In this document: positions 48,186 to 54,055 of the stretch, one piece after another | How positions within the stretch are numbered: the stretch's first letter is position 1 | Layout: each line of letters begins with the position of its first letter | Source of the DNA: a virus | Taxonomy: Duplodnaviria > Caudoviricetes | Reading direction: 5' to 3' (one strand) | Length of the DNA: 54,055 nucleotides | IMG/VR virus record: IMGVR_UViG_3300010155_000008 | Coordinates: 1-54,055 of that record | Translations under genes and position numbers: made by a program | Notes under the pieces: model-generated | What the model saw: only the letters and a program-made list of their open reading frames with translations | Databases searched by the model: none | What the model was told of the DNA's origin: nothing

Positions 48186-48869
48186 TTAGTCAAGATTAAA
48201 ATCTGAACTAGTTTTCAGTGGAATTGATAAATCATCATCATTACCAAAAGATTCAACTGGTTTGTTCTCAATCTTTCTTAAATGTTTTGATTCATCATAA
48301 GGAAGTATATTTTCTGCATTTGGAGCATAGCCATACTTTCTATTTTGTGCTTTTGCAAACCAGCAGTCATATGCAATATAACCTGATTTGTTTTCATATT
48401 CTTTTCCTGCTAAACAAGTATGTAAATATTTATCTTGATAGGGAGCTGTTTCATTAAAAGCTTTTACAAAGTCTTCAATTGTTTCATGTTGGTTATCTTG
48501 TTCAGTAAACCAATCAGTAATACCTAAAGCTGCAGAAAAATTCTTTAACCATACTAAAAGAGATCTATCTCTTTCAATTTTAATTCCTGATTTGGTTTCT
48601 CCATCAGCAAATGCATATTGACTTGCCTTTACTCTTCCTATTTGACCTTCATATCTACCTTTACTTTCATCATTTCTATCTTTCATAAAACCTTCAAAAC
48701 CTTCAATTGGTTTAGTTTCCATTTCTAATATTAGATGATACGCCCCTTCTATAAATTTAAATTCATCTAATCTTACACTATTAATTTTTAATTCATGATT
48801 TCCTGGAGCAATTGTTTTAGGCATGCTGCTCCCGCTACCTGTGGATAAATCTGTTGTACTTAAAGCCAT
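48186..48869 (-). CDS. Putative single-stranded DNA-binding protein
   Basis: Located between the Sak4-like ATPase and the primase. Beta-rich N-terminus (APGNHELKINSV) and acidic C-terminal tail (DDDLSIPLKTSSDFNLD). Confidence 0.55.
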   Translation of the reverse strand: MALSTTDLSTGSGSSMPKTIAPGNHELKINSVRLDEFKFIEGAYHLILEMETKPIEGFEGFMKDRNDESKGRYEGQIGRVKASQYAFADGETKSGIKIERDRSLLVWLKNFSAALGITDWFTEQDNQHETIEDFVKAFNETAPYQDKYLHTCLAGKEYENKSGYIAYDCWFAKAQNRKYGYAPNAENILPYDESKHLRKIENKPVESFGNDDDLSIPLKTSSDFNLD

Positions 48870-48897
48870 TTGATTTTTTTTAAATTATTAATTAAGT

Positions 48898-49623
48898 TTA
48901 TTTATATATTCTATTCCAGTGAGTTTTTATCTCACCACTCATTACTTGCATTTCAGAAATTACTATTTCTTTATTTCTTAAGTGGTCAGGTCTTGCACCA
49001 CATGTTACATTATCATTATTATTAAAATTGATAAATACTTTGTTACCTTTTCTATACATGTATCCAATTGCATCTGAATTAGCACAAATTAAGGATTTTA
49101 TTTTTCCAGTGAGATCAATATTAGCAGCCATAACCATTTCTCCTTTATCATCTACAACTTTGTCTTTGATGTGTCCTGATAAGATAATATGTGGTGCTAA
49201 GGTGTCAATAAAATCTAAAACTTGAAAGAATGCTTGCCTAATATACAAATATCCTGCACCATTTGCTAGAGTTATTACATTATCACCATCATAATTTTTT
49301 CCCATAGCTGTTTTCTTATATAATTTTACTGCTAAGGGCATTACCATTTCTTCTAATGCGGTTACTGTATCTACAGTAACATAATCATAAGGTTTATCTG
49401 CGTCTTTAATTGCTTTTCCAGCATCTAGTAAGTCTTGTAAATTGTTAATTTTAACTTTTAATGCTTCAACATATTCAGCTCCATTTTCTAAATCTAATAT
49501 AAGATTATTTTTTAATCCTGCATATGCTGTTGTTTTACCTGTTTTAGGTTTACTATAAATAATTAATCTCTTAGGATTAACTCTTTCTATTTTTACTTTT
49601 GTTGTTGGAAGTACTATGCTCAT
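48898..49623 (-). CDS. AAA_24/Sak4-like P-loop ATPase (recombination/annealing)
   Basis: YSKPKTGKTT, LDLENG, VTVDTVT, ILSGH and DAIGY motifs. Confidence 0.8.
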   Translation of the reverse strand: MSIVLPTTKVKIERVNPKRLIIYSKPKTGKTTAYAGLKNNLILDLENGAEYVEALKVKINNLQDLLDAGKAIKDADKPYDYVTVDTVTALEEMVMPLAVKLYKKTAMGKNYDGDNVITLANGAGYLYIRQAFFQVLDFIDTLAPHIILSGHIKDKVVDDKGEMVMAANIDLTGKIKSLICANSDAIGYMYRKGNKVFINFNNNDNVTCGARPDHLRNKEIVISEMQVMSGEIKTHWNRIYK

Positions 49624-50252
49624 TTTATTTTTGTTATTTTGTGTGATAATATATCTGAAAGATTATTTAATTCAAATGCAATTTTTAAAAGAACTGATTT
49701 AAGATCTTCATTAATATTATCTTTATTAACATCATCTTCTTTCCAAGGAACATAATTAGGATCATCTTCTTCTTTTTTCTTTAACCCTACTTCAAGATAT
49801 TCTTTAGCAAAATTTGGAAAATCTGCTTCTTGTGTTTCTATTTCTTTAGGGGGGTGTTTTAAATAATCTTGATAAGAATTATAAGGTATTTCTTTACCGG
49901 TTTTTTTATCAATTACAACAAGTTCTTCAACGGGAACAATATATACTTCATAGTCATTACCTGATTTACTTGTTTTTTGTTCTAAAGGATATTCTTCTTT
50001 ATAAAAAGGATTATATTTTAGCTTATACAATGTATGTGTTGTATCTTCTGAAACTCCATTAAAATCACTAAATTCTGTATATATATCTTTACCTTGCTTT
50101 AATTCATTTGGAAAAAATTGCATTTTAAGCTCTTCTCCTGGAGGAGCCCATGCAGATTTAGCAACAAAAAAAGGATCAATAATTTTAAATTTTTTAAAAG
50201 TTGGCAAATGTGTTGCCATAAGAATTTTTGTATTCTCTTGTCTTGTATTCAT
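49620..50252 (-). CDS. Hypothetical protein (210 aa)
   Basis: 4-nt overlaps with both neighbours. Confidence 0.7.
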   Translation of the reverse strand: MNTRQENTKILMATHLPTFKKFKIIDPFFVAKSAWAPPGEELKMQFFPNELKQGKDIYTEFSDFNGVSEDTTHTLYKLKYNPFYKEEYPLEQKTSKSGNDYEVYIVPVEELVVIDKKTGKEIPYNSYQDYLKHPPKEIETQEADFPNFAKEYLEVGLKKKEEDDPNYVPWKEDDVNKDNINEDLKSVLLKIAFELNNLSDILSHKITKIK

Positions 50253-51259
50253 ATATTAATTTTTGTATTGGTTTGTGTATTACCTGGTGTATTCATTTCT
50301 ATTATTCTTATTGTATTTCTATCTAATTTAAAGAAACTCATTCTTGTATCCCCATTTCTACATTTTAAGAAATGAAATACTAAAGTATCTGGATCAATGA
50401 TTTGAAATCTTTCAGGACCATAATATCTAATTTTTCTAGCAGCTGGTTTATTAATACCTACTACTATATCAGCATGTTGCAATAATGCATCAGCTCCAAA
50501 TAAATCAGAATCTAAAACATAGTTACCATATGTACCTTCCATAGCTCTTTTAGGATCATCAATATTTCTATTAAGCTGACTTAATACAACAAATGATAGA
50601 GGATAACTTCTTTTCATAAAAGTAAGAGCTTCTCCTAAATTATATAACATTTCAAATCTATCTTTTTCATGCCTATCTCTTTTAAATAAAGCTGAATGAT
50701 CTACTGTTACTAATAATTTTGGATATATTTTTTTATCATCTTTTATTTTAACATTTTGTTCAAAGTGATAATGTATACTTGCACAAAATTCATTAACAGT
50801 ACAGGGTCTATAAACAGAATAAACTTTATTATTTTTATTTAATATACTGGTATATTGTTTACATTTATTATAAATATCTTCTTGAAGTGGTTCATATTTA
50901 CTATGTAAAATACCATAGTCTTTTTGAGTTATGGTTGAAAATGCTCTCATACCAAGAGTTTTTTCAGGCATTTCAAATTGAAATTGTAATACTTGAAAAT
51001 CTTGATCTGTATTAAGAGCAATTATTTCAGTAACAAGTTGTTCCATAAACAAAGTTTTACCGACACCTGGTCTTGCACCAACAACAGTTAGTGTATTCCA
51101 TTCTAAACCATTTAGTGTAGCATCATTAAACTTTGGCCATGCAGTTTTAAGACTTTTAATTTTACCATCCATTCTCCCTTTCATTTCTAAGAGAGCTTTT
51201 TCATAAGCACGCACTTTGCTAATAGCCTTTAAAGGCTTTGCATTGTTAAATTGTTCCAA
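50249..51259 (-). CDS. DnaB-like (SF4) replicative helicase, catalytic domain only
   Basis: GARPGVGKT, FQFEM, VTVDH, LSQLNR, DLFGADALLQHAD and KCRNG motifs. TTG start. Confidence 0.9.
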   Translation of the reverse strand: MEQFNNAKPLKAISKVRAYEKALLEMKGRMDGKIKSLKTAWPKFNDATLNGLEWNTLTVVGARPGVGKTLFMEQLVTEIIALNTDQDFQVLQFQFEMPEKTLGMRAFSTITQKDYGILHSKYEPLQEDIYNKCKQYTSILNKNNKVYSVYRPCTVNEFCASIHYHFEQNVKIKDDKKIYPKLLVTVDHSALFKRDRHEKDRFEMLYNLGEALTFMKRSYPLSFVVLSQLNRNIDDPKRAMEGTYGNYVLDSDLFGADALLQHADIVVGINKPAARKIRYYGPERFQIIDPDTLVFHFLKCRNGDTRMSFFKLDRNTIRIIEMNTPGNTQTNTKINI

Positions 51260-51260
51260 A

Positions 51261-51851
51261 TTATACTACTTTTTCTCTGAATATATTTTCTTCATTACAG
51301 CCACCATCATTTACCATATCGCAGTGGGTAGCTAAATCAGACTCAAATGATTTGTCTGTATTTTGTTTTCTAATAAAGTATTGGGATGTTCTCATGTATT
51401 CATAATTTTTCAATTTGTATTCTTCTACGTATTTTTCTGTTGCTTGTAATATTGTTTTCCAATCATAGTCATAAGTATCAAAAAACCATCTAAAACCTGA
51501 TTCTAGATTTTTAAGATTAGTTCTTGCATACTTACCGCTTCCAAGTTTTTTAACAGGAAATATTGAATTATATTTTTTGATATAAATATCAAATTTATCT
51601 CCCATTAAATCTTTAGAAGTTTTCTTTTTACTTTTTCTAAAGTATGAATTTAATTCTTCCATAAAGATAATACTTTTACTTGTTAACTGCAACTGTTCAT
51701 TTAACCAGTCATCAGCTTTTAATCTATGTATTTCTAAATCAGAATTAGCCAAGGCTTTAGATACAGATAACTTTTTTTTTATACAATATAATACATATAA
51801 AGAATTAGGTGTTAGCTTTTCTTTTATTAATTTATTAAATATTTCATCCAT
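51261..51851 (-). CDS. Hypothetical protein (196 aa), possible replication initiator/helicase partner
   Basis: Directly upstream of the helicase with a 1-nt gap. wHTH-like N-terminus and YMRTSQYFI C-terminal motif. The function is inferred from context. Confidence 0.5.
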   Translation of the reverse strand: MDEIFNKLIKEKLTPNSLYVLYCIKKKLSVSKALANSDLEIHRLKADDWLNEQLQLTSKSIIFMEELNSYFRKSKKKTSKDLMGDKFDIYIKKYNSIFPVKKLGSGKYARTNLKNLESGFRWFFDTYDYDWKTILQATEKYVEEYKLKNYEYMRTSQYFIRKQNTDKSFESDLATHCDMVNDGGCNEENIFREKVV

Positions 51852-51852
51852 A

Positions 51853-52566
51853 TTACCAAGTTATTTTTTCGCCATATAAGTTATACATAATATTATTAAT
51901 ATCATTAAAGATATTTTCACAATCCCATTGAGAATCATCTAAATAAGCAGCAGATGCAGGATGACTTATTGAAAATTTATAATTCATATCATGAATTAAA
52001 TCTTTCCAATCTTGAGCTTGCTTACCTATATAGACATATACTAATCCTGTGTGTGCAAAACTAAAATAATCAAATAAATATGCTAAAAAAGGTTTCCATA
52101 TAGGATAATGTTGTCCTGGTTTACCTATAGTAGTAGTTAATGCAGTGTTTAGCATTAATATTCCTTGATTAGACCATCTAGTTAAATTTGGATCATAAGA
52201 TTGTCCAACACCATCATATACAGTTTTATTAACTGCATTTAATAAATATCTAAGTTGAGGATGTTGTTCCATTGTATTACTACAACTAAATGCAATACCA
52301 TCAGCTATACCAAGTTCTGGATAAGGATCTTGCCCTATCATTATGATTTTTAGTTTATCATAAGGACATTCTTCAAATGCTTTAAATAATTGACTAAGTT
52401 TAGGAGTAAATCTTTTACTATCTTTTGATAAAGTTACTAACTGAATAATAATATTTTCAAAATCAGTGCTAAATATAAAAGATTTAAGAATTTTATCCCA
52501 TCCTGATGGTTCTAATTTTTTAAATAATTTTTGTTTAATTTCATTTATGTCTATAGTTTTTGTCAT
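51853..52566 (-). CDS. ung: Uracil-DNA glycosylase (family 1)
   Basis: IGQDPYP, ADGIAFS, WSNQGILMLNTALT and SHPAS motifs. Confidence 0.9.
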   Translation of the reverse strand: MTKTIDINEIKQKLFKKLEPSGWDKILKSFIFSTDFENIIIQLVTLSKDSKRFTPKLSQLFKAFEECPYDKLKIIMIGQDPYPELGIADGIAFSCSNTMEQHPQLRYLLNAVNKTVYDGVGQSYDPNLTRWSNQGILMLNTALTTTIGKPGQHYPIWKPFLAYLFDYFSFAHTGLVYVYIGKQAQDWKDLIHDMNYKFSISHPASAAYLDDSQWDCENIFNDINNIMYNLYGEKITW

Positions 52567-52574
52567 ATTTTGTT

Positions 52575-52582
52575 TATATTTG
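52575..52582 (+). promoter_or_regulatory. Candidate Bacteroidota sigma-A -7 element (TAnnTTTG)
   Basis: TATATTTG lies 14 nt before the ATG of the lone + strand gene at 52597. No canonically spaced -33 TTTG was seen. Confidence 0.45.
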
Positions 52583-52596
52583 ATAAAAATTAAATA

Positions 52597-52929
52597 ATGG
52601 AAAGTAAAAAAATTAAAGAAATGAAAGATGATGCTTTATTAAATGTAAAAGTTAATAAAACTTATTATTTAATGACCAAAGCTTCAATATTTACAGTTTT
52701 TAAAGAACTTTATGATGAATCAGGAAATCCTGAAGAATTTATAAAACAAATAGTTTCTCAAGAATATAAAAATATGAATGATAAAGAAAGACTTTTTTAT
52801 ACTTTAAGTTTACTTATTGGTGAAATAGAAAAGCAAGCTTTAGAAACTGATTCTTTTATTGAAAAAAATGTAGATATTAAAGACATTAAAAAAGATTTAA
52901 TATCAAAAGTTAAATCTAATGAAGACTAA
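52597..52929 (+). CDS. Hypothetical protein (110 aa), lone + strand gene in the replication block
   Basis: Fills the gap between - strand genes, has an A-rich leader, and its codon style matches the other genes. Confidence 0.7.
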   Translation: MESKKIKEMKDDALLNVKVNKTYYLMTKASIFTVFKELYDESGNPEEFIKQIVSQEYKNMNDKERLFYTLSLLIGEIEKQALETDSFIEKNVDIKDIKKDLISKVKSNED

Positions 52930-53278
52930 CATTATAAAATTCTCCTATTTCAATACAAGTTTGTATAGCTTGACTTAATTCTTCTTTATTACAATCAGCA
53001 AAGGATTTTATTTCTCCAGCTATTATAAGACCTGCATTTTCTTTTACAAGTTTTTTCATGTCATCAAAACTATAACCACTTTCTTTAGCTAATTCTCTAA
53101 TACATTTATGCACTTTTGAAATTTGTGCACCACTTCCATTATTTTCTGATAATGACATAAATATATCAACTTCTTGACCTTCAACAAGTTTATCAATAAA
53201 TAAATTATATTTTAATTTATCTAATTCTTTTGGATAAATTAATTTACCCTCTTCAAGTTTTAATTTTGCTGAAAACAT
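52916..53278 (-). CDS. Hypothetical protein (120 aa), NinB-like
   Basis: QISKVHKCIRELA...KSFADCNKEELSQAIQ resembles NinB/DUF1367-type proteins. Confidence 0.5.
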   Translation of the reverse strand: MFSAKLKLEEGKLIYPKELDKLKYNLFIDKLVEGQEVDIFMSLSENNGSGAQISKVHKCIRELAKESGYSFDDMKKLVKENAGLIIAGEIKSFADCNKEELSQAIQTCIEIGEFYNVSLH

Positions 53279-53514
53279 AATACCATTTTTTTTAATTGTT
53301 TAATAGATTCAGTATTTTTAATTTTAGCTTGAGGCCAATCCCAATTGCGTACATACCAATTATCATTTTCTACTTCATCATCTGCAACAGATGTTAATGA
53401 TAATCCTGGCATTATATCTAAGGTATAATAGTAATAATCATAACCATTACCACTTTCTGCATCAGGAACATCTGTACGTATAAAATTTAATTTTATTAAT
53501 TCTTTTTCACTCAT
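53260..53514 (-). CDS. Hypothetical protein (84 aa)
   Basis: Overlaps neighbouring ORFs in the operon. Confidence 0.65.
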   Translation of the reverse strand: MSEKELIKLNFIRTDVPDAESGNGYDYYYYTLDIMPGLSLTSVADDEVENDNWYVRNWDWPQAKIKNTESIKQLKKMVLCFQQN

Positions 53515-53920
53515 TATTTTCTAATTTTTTTTTATTAGACCAAATATCTTTATTTAATATTTTTGTTTCATAAGATTTTCTTACTTCAACATATTTTGGT
53601 TCTTTAATATTAAATTCTCCTAGTTCTTTAATTCTTTCTTTTCTATAAAATTGAATTACTTGGGAAGCTACAAATAAATTTTCTTTATCTGTTGATTCTA
53701 ACATGCTTATTACATTGTTTGTACTTTTTTTATCAATGTATTTAAGATAGTGTAATAAACTTAATTCTGCAAGAAAAACAAAAGGTTTAAATGTATTTTT
53801 TTTTGTACCATGTACATACATATACCATAAATAATTTAAATTTTTACAGTCATCTCCATTAGTCATTTCAAAGTGTTCTTTACAAATTTTTTTAGTTAAA
53901 TTTATGATTCTTTTTTCCAT
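53507..53920 (-). CDS. Hypothetical protein (137 aa)
   Basis: ORF with the MLESTDKENLFVASQ motif. Confidence 0.7.
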   Translation of the reverse strand: MEKRIINLTKKICKEHFEMTNGDDCKNLNYLWYMYVHGTKKNTFKPFVFLAELSLLHYLKYIDKKSTNNVISMLESTDKENLFVASQVIQFYRKERIKELGEFNIKEPKYVEVRKSYETKILNKDIWSNKKKLENNE

Positions 53921-54054
53921 ATTTTTAATATTATTCTAAGTCTTTTTCCTAAAGTAGCATCATTAGGTGTGTCTTTAGCAATTTCATCTAAACTATTTAT
54001 AAAAGCTGTAGGAGTATATTTGTTAATCAGTATTGCTTTTTTTGCTTTTTTTGC
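53902..54054 (-). CDS. Partial (5'-truncated) hypothetical protein
   Basis: The frame is open from the window end: ...AKKAKKAILINKYTPTAFINSLDEIAKDTPNDATLGKRLRIILKIWKKES*. It overlaps the start of the next gene. Confidence 0.6.
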   Translation of the reverse strand, partial: AKKAKKAILINKYTPTAFINSLDEIAKDTPNDATLGKRLRIILKIWKKES

Positions 54055-54055
54055 T

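Noticed and set aside
37944-50375. Short nested ORFs (+ strand and alternative frame) within the replication genes
   Set aside because: They are shadows of well-supported - strand genes.
1-54055. Stop-codon reassignment (TAG or TGA), as in some crAss-like phages
   Set aside because: Genes tile the window densely under the standard code, including a 12.6-kb ORF, with no fragmentation.
1-54055. CRISPR array, tRNA or rRNA genes
   Set aside because: No regularly spaced repeats or cloverleaf-like sequences were seen, and intergenic gaps are under ~70 nt. The Cas4-like exonuclease has no cas context.
1-54055. Apparent scarcity of CG dinucleotides
   Set aside because: I cannot quantify it by eye, and it may follow from low GC content and AGA/GGT/GCT codon preference. 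It needs an observed/expected calculation.

Overview
An AT-rich phage genome segment with the layout of a crAss-like (Crassvirales-related) Bacteroidota phage, read in the standard genetic code. The + strand (1-37006) is a tightly coupled block of large putative virion and ejected-cargo genes. It holds a LysM+lysozyme protein, two low-complexity proteins punctuated by xxGG motifs, and a 1084-aa cargo protein. It continues with a 2380-aa protein (PD-(D/E)XK nuclease and PP2C-like phosphatase domains), a 4214-aa virion RNA polymerase polyprotein (zincin HExxH, DFDVD active site, DUF4326-like and ADP-ribosyltransferase-like modules), and 289-aa and 1139-aa proteins. The - strand (37044-54055) is a replication/recombination block: DUF932-like protein, family B DNA polymerase, exonuclease, MoxR-like ATPase plus VWA/peptidase, GIY-YIG-like nuclease, primase, SSB, Sak4-like ATPase, DnaB-like helicase and uracil-DNA glycosylase. 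The two blocks converge on a hairpin terminator. The most striking observation, from my manual reading, is that the four consecutive proteins of 2380, 4214, 289 and 1139 aa contain only six cysteines in total. All six sit at the termini, paired C-terminus to the N-terminus of the next gene, which suggests a covalently daisy-chained (disulfide or metal) ejection cargo. Domain calls come from motif recognition by eye, not from database searches.
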